Below are positions 9,501 to 19,649 of a DNA stretch of 64,000 nt, in pieces. Below the pieces are notes generated by a model. That model ran no database searches, had not been told where the DNA came from, and saw nothing but the letters and a program-made list of their open reading frames with translations. This DNA is from Candidatus Eiseniibacteriota bacterium (GTDB lineage Bacteria > Eisenbacteria > RBG-16-71-46 > CAZAMP01). Made by a program: the position numbers and the translations under genes. The DNA lies in NCBI GenBank assembly GCA_965224245.1, contig OZ245046.1, positions 4,224,001 to 4,288,000 on the forward strand, in the 5' to 3' direction. How positions within the stretch are numbered: position 1 is the first letter of the stretch; every line of letters starts with the position of its first letter.

Positions 9501-10724
9501 TCAGATCGCACCGACCGGAATCGTCACGACCTCATCGAGCAGCGGCAACGATGAGTCGGCCAGGCATACGATCCCTCCGGGGCCAATCGATCTGTCCAGC
9601 TTGACGAGTGCCTGAAAGGCTCGCGCGGCCCGTCGATCAGGAGATGCGGACTTCTTGAACTCGAGCGGGTGTATTCGGTCGTCCTGAACGACGAGCAGAT
9701 CGATCTCCTTCCGATCCTTGTCGCGATAGAAGTAGAAGGGTGCGCGCTTGCCGTGATGCCACCACGACTTGAGCAGCTCGCCGAAGACCCACGTCTCGAA
9801 CATCGCACCCGATGCCGCCCCAGCTTCGAGCGTCTCCGGGCTCGTCCACTCGGTCAGCCAGGAACAGAGACCTGTGTCCAGGAAGTAGAGCTTCGAGGAC
9901 TTGACCAGGCGCTTGGTCACACTCGTGTGGTACGGCTCGAGCAAGTACACGATTCCTGACGTCTCGAGAATCGACAGCCAGCTCTTGGCCGTGTTCGGGG
10001 CCACTCCCGCGTCGCGGGCCAGGTCCGCCACGTTCAACAGCTGGGCCGTTCGTGCCGCACACGCTCGGACGAACCGCAGGAAAGCGGTCTCGTCTCCGAC
10101 CCGCGCCAGGTCGCGGACATCCCGCTGCAGGTATGTCTGAACGTACGAGCCGTAGAACAGGTCGCGATCGAGGTCCGGATCGACCGCGAGCGCCGGATAC
10201 GATCCACGCCAGATGCGCGCGTAGAGGTCGAGCAGCGGAAGGTGCGCCGCATCCGCGAGCCGGGCGTCGAGCATCTCCGGAAGCGGCAGGAACGGATCCG
10301 CGTCGATGTGCTGCTGATCCTGCTCACGCCGGGACAATCCCAGCAGCCGCAGGATCCCGACACGACCCGCCAGGGACTCTGACAGATCGCGCATGAGATG
10401 GAATTGCTGAGAGCCCGTGAGCCAGAAGCGGCCGGGCGTGCGGTCCTGATCCACTGCCATCTTGATCCGACGCAGGAGCTCCGGCGCGTACTGGATCTCG
10501 TCAATCAGGACCGGACCGGAATAGCGCTGCAAGAACAAGGCGGGATCCGAGCGTGCGAGCTCGCGAACGCGAGGATCATCCAGACTGGCGTAGGCGCGAT
10601 CGCTGCCTGCGAGCTGCCTCAGAAACGTCGTCTTCCCGACCTGACGAGCACCCGTTACCAGCATCACCGGAAAGTGCTCGGTCGCCGTGCGGAAACGACG
10701 CTGGAGAGTTCGTGCGAGATACAT
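9501..10724 (-). CDS. AAA+ ATPase with wHTH and DUF4143 (PD-(D/E)xK-like) C-terminus
   Basis: Walker A GARQVGKT, Walker B IDEIQ, 'LTGSQ', 'KLYFLDTGL', 'EIDLL...EFK'; ATG at 10724 with GGAGGG SD. Confidence 0.88.
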   Translation of the reverse strand: MYLARTLQRRFRTATEHFPVMLVTGARQVGKTTFLRQLAGSDRAYASLDDPRVRELARSDPALFLQRYSGPVLIDEIQYAPELLRRIKMAVDQDRTPGRFWLTGSQQFHLMRDLSESLAGRVGILRLLGLSRREQDQQHIDADPFLPLPEMLDARLADAAHLPLLDLYARIWRGSYPALAVDPDLDRDLFYGSYVQTYLQRDVRDLARVGDETAFLRFVRACAARTAQLLNVADLARDAGVAPNTAKSWLSILETSGIVYLLEPYHTSVTKRLVKSSKLYFLDTGLCSWLTEWTSPETLEAGAASGAMFETWVFGELLKSWWHHGKRAPFYFYRDKDRKEIDLLVVQDDRIHPLEFKKSASPDRRAARAFQALVKLDRSIGPGGIVCLADSSLPLLDEVVTIPVGAI

Positions 10725-10743
10725 GGGACCCCTCCGGGCGGTG

Positions 10744-10833
10744 TCGGCCATATTGCACTTATACTGCATTATAGCCGTAGGAGATGCCCCCGTCCCAGTC
10801 GGCTAATGCTCACTCAGACTGCATATTGGCCGA
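10744..10833. promoter_or_regulatory. Two tandem 35-bp imperfect palindromes (candidate operators); the first overlaps a minus-strand TATAAT
   Basis: TCGGCCATATTGCA-CTTATAC-TGCATTATAGCCGT at 10744-10778 and TCGGCTAATGCTCA-CTCAGAC-TGCATATTGGCCGA at 10799-10833. Confidence 0.65.
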
Positions 10834-10850
10834 TAAATACCCGACGTCAT

Positions 10851-11843
10851 TCAGCCGTCGACCGACGCCATCCCGCGCTCGTTGTAGCGATCGCCCTTCA
10901 CCTTCTCGGCCAGCGTGTTCAATCGTTCGACGTGTGACGCGGTCAGCGTCACACCCGCGGCGCCGAGGTTCGAGCGTAGGTTCGCCGCGCGCGTCGTGCC
11001 GGGGATGGTGACGATCTCGTCTCCGCGTCCCAGCACCCAGGCGATCGCCACCTGGGCCGGTGCGACGTCGAGCTCCCCGGCGACCGCCTCGATCTCCTCG
11101 ACCAGGGCCAGGTTGCTCTCGAGCGCCTCGCCCCGGAAGCGCGGGACCGCGCTCGCCCGGAAGTCGCGATCCGCCGGCGTCCAGTCGCGCCGGAACGCGC
11201 CGGTGAGCATGCCCCGGCCGAGCGGCGAGTACGCGACGAACGTCACGCCGAGCTCGCGGCACGCCGGGAGCACCTCGTCCTCGGCGCCGCGCGTGAAGAT
11301 CGAGTACTCCGACTGGAGCGCGGCGACGGGGTGAACGGCCGCGGCCTCGCGGAGCGTCGTGGCGGTGACCTCGGAGAGGCCGATCGCCTTCACCTTGCCC
11401 TCGGCGACGCAGCGCGCCATCACGGCCACCGTCTCCCCGATCGGCATCGAGCGATCGCGGCGGTGGAGGTACCAGAGATCCACGTGGTCGGTGCGGAGGT
11501 TCCGGAGCGACTGCTCGAGCGCGCGTCGCGCGTTGGCCTCCGACCCGTCGACCCGCCCGGTCGGAGCGCCCGTCTCGGGATCGAGGACGGGGCCGAACTT
11601 GGTCGCGATGAACACCCTTTCTCGCCGGTCGTGGAACGCGGCGCCGAGGAGCTTCTCGTTGTGACCGCCCCCGTAGAGCTCGGCGGTGTCGAAGTGGTCG
11701 ATGCCGGCGTCGATGGCGCCGTGGAGGAGCGCCACCGCGTCGTTCTCCTCCATCGCGGGGCCGTATGCGAACGACATCCCCATGCAGCCGAGGCCGATGG
11801 CGTTGACGGTCGGCCCCCCGGATCCGATGTGACGACGAATCAT
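10851..11843 (-). CDS. Aldo/keto reductase
   Basis: 'IGLGCMGMS', 'FDTAELYG', 'IATKFG', 'DLWYLHR', 'YSPLGRG', 'IPGT'; real start MIRRH at 11843 with GGAGGGG SD. Confidence 0.93.
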   Translation of the reverse strand: MIRRHIGSGGPTVNAIGLGCMGMSFAYGPAMEENDAVALLHGAIDAGIDHFDTAELYGGGHNEKLLGAAFHDRRERVFIATKFGPVLDPETGAPTGRVDGSEANARRALEQSLRNLRTDHVDLWYLHRRDRSMPIGETVAVMARCVAEGKVKAIGLSEVTATTLREAAAVHPVAALQSEYSIFTRGAEDEVLPACRELGVTFVAYSPLGRGMLTGAFRRDWTPADRDFRASAVPRFRGEALESNLALVEEIEAVAGELDVAPAQVAIAWVLGRGDEIVTIPGTTRAANLRSNLGAAGVTLTASHVERLNTLAEKVKGDRYNERGMASVDG

Positions 11844-11963
11844 GAAACCCCTCCCTGGATTGACGCCGGGGAGTCTACACGCCGTTCGGCGCCGGCGCGC
11901 GCCTCGCCGACGTCGGCGAGGCCGTCCTGCAGGAAATCTCATCGAATTCGACGAAACTTCCTG

Positions 11964-11977
11964 ACCGACCGGTCGGT
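11964..11977. promoter_or_regulatory. Perfect 14-bp palindrome ACCGACCGGTCGGT, probable TetR operator
   Basis: Located in the divergent intergenic region, about 100 bp upstream of the TetR-domain ATG. Confidence 0.7.
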
Positions 11978-12074
11978 AGGACACCCGCTGACCGGGCGTG
12001 ACCGCTCCCGGCCCGACAGCGACCGACCCGAACCGCCGCACCCGGCGGCGAGCCAGCCGGAGATCCAGAGACCC

Positions 12075-14204
12075 ATGAAGGACCGCATCGCCCGCGAGGC
12101 CATGAACCTCTTTGCCCGCAAGGGCTTCGCCGGGACGTCGATGCGCGAGATCGCCGAGGCGTGCGACGTCACGAAGGCGACTCTCTACCATCACTTCCCG
12201 GACAAGCACGCCCTCTACCAGACCGCCATCGGCCAGGCGCTGGACGAGATCTGCTCGCGCGTGGCCGCCGCGGGAGCGGACGCGCCCGACCCGCTGACGC
12301 GACTCCGCCGGCTCGTCCGCGCGCAGCTCGAGCTCTTCGTCACCGAGTCCACGCGGATTCGTGCGCTCTACCACAACCTCCTGATGCCGGACGCCGAGCC
12401 CCCGGACGTCGTGTCTCGACCGATGCCGATCCATGACGCGCTGATCGCCTGCGCCGAGGCGGGCTACCTCCCGCAAGAGCAGGTGTCCGACACGTACGCG
12501 CTCCTGGCCGGGGGCATCGAGTTCATCGGGGTGAACTGGCTTCTCGACCCGCGCTCGCCGAAGCCGACGGCGGAGCGCGGTGAGCGTCTCATTCGCGCCG
12601 CGCTTCCGGCGGTGGCGGAGACCGCGGCGGCCGCGACGTCGCCGACCCGCCGACCGGGGGCAGGAAAGCCCAACGCCACGAAGCCCCCCCGGCGTCATGC
12701 GATCGCGTGTCTGGTCGGCCTCGGATCGGCGCTCTCGATCGCGCTCGCGGAGGTCGCGAGCGCCGCGGAGGTCGTCGGCGCCGGTGACACGGCCGCCGGT
12801 GACACGGCCGCCGGCGACACGGTCGTGGCCATCCCCGGGAGCACGCAGGTGCTGACGCTCGCGACGTGCCTGGATCGCGCCCTCGAGGCCAACCCCGCGC
12901 TGGAGGCCGAGCGCGAGGGACGCGGCGAGCTTCACGGTCAGAAGTACCAGGCCCTGGCCATCGGGCTGCCCTCGCTGGACGTGGTCACGAACTGGTCCCG
13001 GAGCCGCGACCCGAGCTTTGCCCTGGACGCAACGTTCGGCGGTGGCGGCGACGGATTCCCATCGACCGGGGACGACACCGCCGACGCCGTGCTGGCCGCG
13101 CTCGGTGAGGGACTGGTCACCCCGGCCGCGGACGTCCCGGCCCAGACCTTCTGGCGGGCCAGCGCCGACCTGACCTGGGAGATCAATCCGTTCCTGGTTC
13201 GGAACGCGGTGGCGGCGGCCGGGATCGGCACCGACCGGCAGGACGCGATCATCGCCGACACGGAGAACCGGACCGCCGAGCGCGCGCTCGCCGCGTACTA
13301 CGACGTGCTGCGCGCGTCCGAGCAGCGCGCGGCTCTGGAGGCCGAGATGACCGCTCGCCGCGAGTTCCTCGACATCTCCCGGCGGCGGTTCCGGCTCGAC
13401 CTGGCCACGGGGCTCGACACGCTCCAGGCCGCGGTGTCGCTGGCGAACCTGGAGCCCGACTGGCGGCGTGCCCGGGAGACCGTCGTGAACGCCGGCTCGC
13501 GACTGAACGTCGTGATGGGACGCGATCCGATGACGCCGATCACCATCGAGTCCCGCGTCGACGTCGAGACCGACCCCATCGATCGCGACGCCGTCATCGC
13601 ACTGATCGACCGGCGCCCCGATCTCCGGGCGCTGCGCCTGCTCGGCGACATTCAGCGCAAGAACAGGGGCGCGCGCCGGGCGGAGTCGCGCCCGTACCTG
13701 TCGCTGTTCGGATCCTACGGCTACGTCGCGACCGCGTTCGACGATCTCGGGGATCCCGACCAGGACACCTGGCGCGCGTCCGTCTCGCTGAACGTGCCGA
13801 TCTTCGACGGGCTCCTGACGAAGGGCCGGGTCGACGAGACCGAGGCCACGATCCGGAGAATCGAGTTCCAGGTCGAGGACGCCGAGCGTCAGGCGCGCTA
13901 CGAGGTGCAGACGCTGGTCACCGAGGTCGAGGTCGCGCGCGCCAACCTGCGGGCGGCCGAGCTGAACCTGGCGCGCGCCGAGGAGGCGCTCTCGATGACC
14001 ACGCTTCGCTACGAGAACGGCAAGGCCGACTACCTGGCCGTTCTCAACGCGCAGGCCGACCGCTTCGTGGCCAGACGCAACCTGATCGATGCACGCCATT
14101 CGGTCGCGACGGAGACCGCTGCGCTCAAGCGCGCGCTGGGCCACGGACCCCTGACCCCGCTTCACGACATACTCGACGCGACCTCGCGATCCACGGAGGA
14201 CTGA
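12075..14204 (+). CDS. TetR/AcrR regulator domain fused in frame, via an internal signal-like helix, to a TolC-family outer-membrane efflux protein
   Basis: 'FARKGFAGTSMREIAEACDVTKATLYHHF' HTH; 'RRHAIACLVGLGSALSIALAEVASA'; TolC segments 'LTLATCLDRALEANP', 'SLNVPIFDG', 'RYENGKADYLAVLNAQ'. No stop between the parts. Confidence 0.8.
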   Translation: MKDRIAREAMNLFARKGFAGTSMREIAEACDVTKATLYHHFPDKHALYQTAIGQALDEICSRVAAAGADAPDPLTRLRRLVRAQLELFVTESTRIRALYHNLLMPDAEPPDVVSRPMPIHDALIACAEAGYLPQEQVSDTYALLAGGIEFIGVNWLLDPRSPKPTAERGERLIRAALPAVAETAAAATSPTRRPGAGKPNATKPPRRHAIACLVGLGSALSIALAEVASAAEVVGAGDTAAGDTAAGDTVVAIPGSTQVLTLATCLDRALEANPALEAEREGRGELHGQKYQALAIGLPSLDVVTNWSRSRDPSFALDATFGGGGDGFPSTGDDTADAVLAALGEGLVTPAADVPAQTFWRASADLTWEINPFLVRNAVAAAGIGTDRQDAIIADTENRTAERALAAYYDVLRASEQRAALEAEMTARREFLDISRRRFRLDLATGLDTLQAAVSLANLEPDWRRARETVVNAGSRLNVVMGRDPMTPITIESRVDVETDPIDRDAVIALIDRRPDLRALRLLGDIQRKNRGARRAESRPYLSLFGSYGYVATAFDDLGDPDQDTWRASVSLNVPIFDGLLTKGRVDETEATIRRIEFQVEDAERQARYEVQTLVTEVEVARANLRAAELNLARAEEALSMTTLRYENGKADYLAVLNAQADRFVARRNLIDARHSVATETAALKRALGHGPLTPLHDILDATSRSTED
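12779..12822 (+). repeat. Three tandem 15-bp units (GCCGGTGACACGGCC-like) encoding AGDTA at the N-terminus of the mature TolC part
   Basis: Protein reads AGDTAAGDTAAGDT. Confidence 0.7.
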
Positions 14205-14209
14205 CCCCC

Positions 14210-15382
14210 ATGCAGAGCCGAATCATCGAGTGGCGGCACGCGAGCCTCGCGCTCACCGCCGGTGTCCTCGTCGCCTCGACGCTCGTCGGCTGCGCCCGGC
14301 AGGGCGAGACCGCGGCGGACACGTCTCCCGAGGAGCCACCGATCAACGTACGCGTGCTTCACACCTCGCGCGGGGAGCTCGTGGAGTTCCTGGAGATCAC
14401 GGGGCGACTCGACGCCGTCCAGGGCACGGATCTGTCCACCGAGGAGACCGGCGTCGTCGAGAGCGTCCCGCACGACAAGGGCGACGCGGTCGCCGAGGGC
14501 GACGTCCTCGTGGCGCTCGACCGCGATCTCCTGGAGGCGGAGAAGAGGCGCGCCGATGCCGATCGCACGTTGGCCGAGTACAACGAGGATCGGACGCGCA
14601 ACCTGTTCGACGCGAAGTCGGTCAGCGGCCAGGAGATGCTGGTCGCGGCGACCCAGCTCGCCAAGGCGGAGGCCACCGCGGCCGAGGCGGCGCTGCGCTT
14701 CGAACGGGCCGCCATCAAGGCCCCGTACGCGGGCGTCGTGGCCGACCGGTACGTCGAGGTCGGACAGCTCGTCACCGCCGGCACGCCGGTCGCGCGCATC
14801 GTGGACCCGTACACGCTGAAGCTCACGGGCGCGGTCACCGAGACGCAGGTGCGCCAGCTCGAGGTCGGGGCCCCGGTCACGCTGCGGCTGGACGGCGTGG
14901 CGGCGGCGGTCACGGGAGTCGTTCACTGGATCGGCTTCGAGGCCCACCCTCGCAACGGAAAGTTCCCCGTGGAGATCCACGTCGCCAACGAGGATCTGTC
15001 ACTCCGCCCCGGCGTCGTGGGACGCGCCCGCGTCCGGACGGCACGTCATCGGGACGTCGTGGTGATCCCGCGGGATGCCGTGCTCAGCGACGAGGATGGT
15101 CAGCACCTGATGGTGGTTCGCGACGGCGAGAGCGTCGCCACTCCCGTACCGATCACGCTGGGTCCGGATCAGGGCGCGCTCGTGGTGATCGAGTCCGGCC
15201 TCGATGCGGGCGCGCGTGTGATCGTTCGCGGACAGCGTGACGTCTCGACCGGGTCACGCGTGGCGATTCAGGAGGAGACGTCGGAGCCCGACGGCTCCAT
15301 CCCCACCGATCCCGTCGAGGTGCGCGAGCGCGAGCGGGGTCGCCTCGCCGGCGACACCCATCCACAGGGGGCTTCGCGATGA
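14210..15382 (+). CDS. RND efflux periplasmic adaptor (MFP) lipoprotein
   Basis: Lipobox TLVGC; 'GDAVAEGDVLVALD', 'IKAPYAGVV', 'LRPG', 'IPRDAV'. Confidence 0.92.
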   Translation: MQSRIIEWRHASLALTAGVLVASTLVGCARQGETAADTSPEEPPINVRVLHTSRGELVEFLEITGRLDAVQGTDLSTEETGVVESVPHDKGDAVAEGDVLVALDRDLLEAEKRRADADRTLAEYNEDRTRNLFDAKSVSGQEMLVAATQLAKAEATAAEAALRFERAAIKAPYAGVVADRYVEVGQLVTAGTPVARIVDPYTLKLTGAVTETQVRQLEVGAPVTLRLDGVAAAVTGVVHWIGFEAHPRNGKFPVEIHVANEDLSLRPGVVGRARVRTARHRDVVVIPRDAVLSDEDGQHLMVVRDGESVATPVPITLGPDQGALVVIESGLDAGARVIVRGQRDVSTGSRVAIQEETSEPDGSIPTDPVEVRERERGRLAGDTHPQGASR

Positions 15383-18300
15383 GGATCACGAACCTCGCGG
15401 TCTCCCGTTACACGACCGTGTTCGTCCTGATGGCGATCGTGGTCATCCTCGGGATCACGTCGTACGAACGTCTGCCGCGCGAAGCGAACCCGGACGTCAA
15501 GATCCCGTTCGTGATGGTCTACGCGCCCTACCTGGGTACGAGCCCCTACGACATGGAGAACGTCGTCACCCGAAAGCTCGAGGCACAGCTGAAGGCGCTC
15601 CCCGATCTGGTCGAGATGTCGAGCGTCTCGTCCGAGGGGGTCGCCACCGTCGTGCTCGAGTTCACGCCGGACGCGGAGATGATCGACGTTCTGCAGAAGG
15701 TGCGCGACGCCGTCGAGATCGCCAAGCCCGAGCTGCCCCAGGACGTGCGAGAGGATCTCCTCGTCTACGAGATCAGCTCGGACGACTGGCCGATCATGCA
15801 GGTGGTCATGTCCGCCGACTACGACCCGGTCGTGTTGAAGCAGCACGCCGAGGACGTGCAGGAGGAGATCGAGCAGATCAAGGGCGTGCTGTCGGTGGAT
15901 CTCACCGGGGGCGTCGAGCGCGAGGTGCGCATCGACGTGGATCCCGAGCGGCTCCAGTTCTACGGCCTCGGCCTGGTCGACGTCCAGGACGCGATCTCGC
16001 TGGAGAACGTGACCATCCCCGGCGGCGACCTGAAGCTCGGCACGTACGACTACCAGGTCCGGGTCCCCGGCGAGTTCCCCGAGGTCGATGCGATCCGCGG
16101 CGTGGTGCTGAACCCGGGCGCGGACACACCGATCTACGTGGGCGACGTGGCCGAGGTCACCTTCGGGCTGAAGGAGCGCAGCTCCATCTCGCGACTCAAT
16201 GGCACCGAGGCGGTCACCCTGTCGATCAAGAAACGATCCGGCGAGAACATCATCGACATCGCCGACGAGGTGAACCAGCTCATCGCCGAGTATACCGAGA
16301 CGCTCCCGGCGGGCACGTCGATCCAGATCATCGCCGATCAGTCGGTCTACATCCGCGACATGGTGCACGAGCTCGAGAACAACATCCTGAGCGGACTCAT
16401 GCTCGTGGTCGCCGTCCTGTTCCTGTTCCTCGGGCTCACGAACTCGTTCTTCGTCGGCGCGGCGATCCCCCTGTCCATGCTGATCTCGTTCATGGTGCTG
16501 AACGCCATGGGGATCACGCTGAACATGGTCGTGCTGTTCTCGCTGATCCTGGCCCTCGGCATGCTCGTCGACAACGCGATCGTCATCGTCGAGAACGTCT
16601 ACCGTCACCTCGGCAAGGGCAAGGAGCGGTCGCGGGCGGCGCTGGACGGCACCGGCCAGGTCTCGAACGCGGTCGTCGCGTCCACGCTGACCACGATCAT
16701 GGCGTTCGGTCCGCTCATCTTCTGGCCGGGCATCATGGGCGAGTTCATGAAGTACCTCCCGATCACGCTCGTGGTGTGCCTGGCCAGCTCGCTGTTCGTC
16801 GCGCTGGTGATCAACCCCGTCCTCTGCTCGCGGCTCATGCGACGCCCGAAGCCCGGCTCCGGGAGGCCCCGCTTCGGCGATCGAATGCTCGCGTTCGGCC
16901 TGCGAACCTACGAGCCGGTGTTGACGGCGGCGCTGCGACATCGCGTGGTCACCCTGGCGGGCATCCTGGTCGTGCTCGTGGGCACGATCGCGCTGTTCGT
17001 GCGATTCAGCGCCGGGGTCGAGCTGTTCCCCGACGTCGATCCCACGTACGCCTACGTCAAGGTCAACGCGCCGTCGGGGACCCGGATCGAGATCAGTGAC
17101 GCGTACGCACAGACCATCGAGGGGGCCGTCGAGGACGTCCCCGATCTGAAGGCGTTCGTGACGCAGGTGGGCACGGCGACCGACGACACCTTCGGCGGAC
17201 CGAGCGGGGCACCCGCGCACCTGAGTCTGCTGAGCATGGAGTTCCTGAAGAAGGAGGATCGGGAGCAGTCGTCACGGCAGGCGCTGGAGGACCTCCGCGC
17301 GCGACTGCGGAGCTTCACCGGCGCGAAGCTCTACATCGAGAAGCAGGAGGAGGGCCCCCCGGCCGGCAAGCCGGTGAACATCGAGATCTCCGGCCGCGAC
17401 TTCGAGGTGCTCGGCGATCTGGCCACCCAGGTCAAGACGATCATCCAGGACACGCCCGGGCTCGTGGATCTCCAGGACGACTTCGATCGCGGGCGACCGG
17501 AGATTCGCGTCCGGCCCGACCTGGACAAGGCCGGACGGTTCGGCCTGCGAACGATCGACGTCGCGTCCACGCTGCGCACCGCGCTTCACGGAGACGACGT
17601 CTCGAAGTACCGGATCGGCGAGGACGAGTACGACATCGTCGTTCGCCACGCCGGACGGTCCCGGTCCTCGCTGGAGGACATCGAGTCCATCACGGTGTTC
17701 TACGAGGGAGAGACGATCCCGATCACGGCGTTCGCCGACGTGAGCTACGCCACCGGGCTCGGTGCGATCACCCGGATCGACGGCAAGCGCGTGGTGACGG
17801 TGTCCGGCGACGTGGCCGCGGGCTTCAACGGCAACGCGGTGCTGGCGAGCGTCCGCGAACAGCTCGCGGCGTTCGACGTGCCGCCCGGCTATCACCTCAC
17901 GTACACCGGCGAGAACGAGGAGCAGGAGGAGGCCCAGCGCTTCCTGTCCGACGCGTTCGGGATCGCCGTCATGCTGATCTTCCTGGTGCTCGTCACGCAG
18001 TTCACGTCGGTGACCACCCCGTTCGTGATCCTGATGAGCGTCATCCTGTCGATGATCGGCGTGTTGATGGGGCTCCTCGTGACGCGGACGCCGTTCGGGA
18101 TCATCATGACCGGCGTCGGCGTCATCTCGCTGGCCGGCATCGTCGTGAACAACGCGATCGTGCTCCTGGATTACTGCATCCAGCTCCGCCAGCGCGGAAT
18201 GCCCCTGATCGAGGCGGTTCTGGAGGCGGGCAAGGTGAGATTCCGGCCGGTCATCCTGACCGCGATCACGACGATCCTCGGACTCATCCCGCTGACCACC

Positions 18301-18555
18301 GGCATGTCCGTCGACTTCGGGCGCCTCGTCCGCGGTGAGTTCGGGCACGCGTTCATCATCGGCGGCGAGTCGAGCCAGTGGTGGGGGCCGATGGGGGTGG
18401 CCGTGATCTGGGGACTCGCGGTGGCCACGTTCCTGACGCTGGTGGTGGTGCCCGTGATGTACGTGGCGGTCGAGCACCGCAAGGAGCGTCTCGGCGCGTG
18501 GTGGGCGCGCCGCCGCGCGGCGTCTGAGACGGCGGCGACGCCCGACCTCGCCTGA
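15379..18555 (+). CDS. RND efflux permease (AcrB/AcrD/AcrF family)
   Basis: 1058 aa; 'GMLVDNAIVIVEN', 'GIVVNNAIVLLD', 'RFRPVILTAITT'. Confidence 0.95.
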   Translation: MRITNLAVSRYTTVFVLMAIVVILGITSYERLPREANPDVKIPFVMVYAPYLGTSPYDMENVVTRKLEAQLKALPDLVEMSSVSSEGVATVVLEFTPDAEMIDVLQKVRDAVEIAKPELPQDVREDLLVYEISSDDWPIMQVVMSADYDPVVLKQHAEDVQEEIEQIKGVLSVDLTGGVEREVRIDVDPERLQFYGLGLVDVQDAISLENVTIPGGDLKLGTYDYQVRVPGEFPEVDAIRGVVLNPGADTPIYVGDVAEVTFGLKERSSISRLNGTEAVTLSIKKRSGENIIDIADEVNQLIAEYTETLPAGTSIQIIADQSVYIRDMVHELENNILSGLMLVVAVLFLFLGLTNSFFVGAAIPLSMLISFMVLNAMGITLNMVVLFSLILALGMLVDNAIVIVENVYRHLGKGKERSRAALDGTGQVSNAVVASTLTTIMAFGPLIFWPGIMGEFMKYLPITLVVCLASSLFVALVINPVLCSRLMRRPKPGSGRPRFGDRMLAFGLRTYEPVLTAALRHRVVTLAGILVVLVGTIALFVRFSAGVELFPDVDPTYAYVKVNAPSGTRIEISDAYAQTIEGAVEDVPDLKAFVTQVGTATDDTFGGPSGAPAHLSLLSMEFLKKEDREQSSRQALEDLRARLRSFTGAKLYIEKQEEGPPAGKPVNIEISGRDFEVLGDLATQVKTIIQDTPGLVDLQDDFDRGRPEIRVRPDLDKAGRFGLRTIDVASTLRTALHGDDVSKYRIGEDEYDIVVRHAGRSRSSLEDIESITVFYEGETIPITAFADVSYATGLGAITRIDGKRVVTVSGDVAAGFNGNAVLASVREQLAAFDVPPGYHLTYTGENEEQEEAQRFLSDAFGIAVMLIFLVLVTQFTSVTTPFVILMSVILSMIGVLMGLLVTRTPFGIIMTGVGVISLAGIVVNNAIVLLDYCIQLRQRGMPLIEAVLEAGKVRFRPVILTAITTILGLIPLTTGMSVDFGRLVRGEFGHAFIIGGESSQWWGPMGVAVIWGLAVATFLTLVVVPVMYVAVEHRKERLGAWWARRRAASETAATPDLA

Positions 18556-18574
18556 GCGTTCCCGCGACCGAGCG

Positions 18575-19592
18575 TCAGGACCCGGCGGCGGTCAGCGCGG
18601 CGATCGCGCGACGCGCGAGCCCGAGGCCGCTGGTGAACGCACCCTCGACGCGGCCGGCGACGCACCAGTCGCCGCCGACCCCGAGGCCCAGCTCGGCGTC
18701 GAACGCGGTCGTGTCGGCGGGCACCGGGTCCGGCAGCGCGTATCGCCAGCGGTGCGCGTCGCCGTGGAGCACCTCGGGAAGCCGGCCGGTCCGGCACGAC
18801 TCGGCGAATGCGCGCGTGAGCGCGAGCCGGACGTCGATCGGATCGGCCTCGAGATGCTCGGCCGTCCACCGGGGCGATGCATGGAACACCCAGGCGTCGC
18901 CTCCGGTCCGACCCGGCTTGGACGAGCTGCGGGCCGCCCAGGCGAGCGGTCCGTCTCCGATGAACGCGGCGTCGAACTCAACGTCCAGCGACGTCGCGAA
19001 CCCGAGCATGACCGCCCAGCACGGGCGCATTCGCGCGCGCGCGGCCAGCTCGGCCAGACGGGGTGACGCGGAGACCAGCGGCAATGCCTGTCCGGGCGGG
19101 GTCGTGACGAGTACGGCGTCGACGTGATCGGCGACGCCGTCTTCCGAGATGAGCTGCCAGGCGTCGGACTTCCGGCGAAGGTGCTCGATGCGGACGCCGG
19201 AGCGGATCGTGAGACCCGACCCCAGCGCGGTGGCCAGCGCGCTCATGCCCGGAACGCCGACGATCCACTCGGACGGTGGGTGCACGGCCTCGGGATCGCC
19301 GGGCTCGCGGAGCGTCCCGAACACCGCACGCCGGGGATGCCACGGGGCGACCAGGCCGGCCTCCCGCCACCGTTCGACGTGCGCACGAAATGCGGGGTCA
19401 CGAGCCGTGAAGAACTGAGCGCCGTGATCGAACACGAAGTCGTCGTGGCGCCGCACCGACACACGGCCGCCCGGGCGCCGGCCCTTGTCGTAGAGAACGA
19501 CGTCGACGCCCCGGTCGGCGAGCGCCCGCGCCGCCGACATCCCCACAGATCCCCGCGCCGACGATCGCCAGCCGACCGGTGATGCGTCGCAT
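18575..19592 (-). pseudogene. Renalase-like FAD/NAD(P)-dependent oxidoreductase with a +1 frameshift near the 5' end (pseudogene or sequencing error)
   Basis: MRRITGRLAIVGAGICG lies in one frame and MSAARAL...DKGRRPGGR...FDHGAQFF...HRWRYA...GDWC..GRVEGA in another; one extra G in the run at 19541-19544. Confidence 0.8.
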
Positions 19593-19649
19593 CGGAGACT
19601 CCGCTTCGGGTTCGCCACGGCCGTTCCGGCGGGACCCGACCGCGAATCC

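Noticed and set aside
10851-14165. 1104-aa minus-strand ORF
   Set aside because: Only the last ~330 aa (the AKR) are real; the rest is antisense to the TetR-TolC gene.
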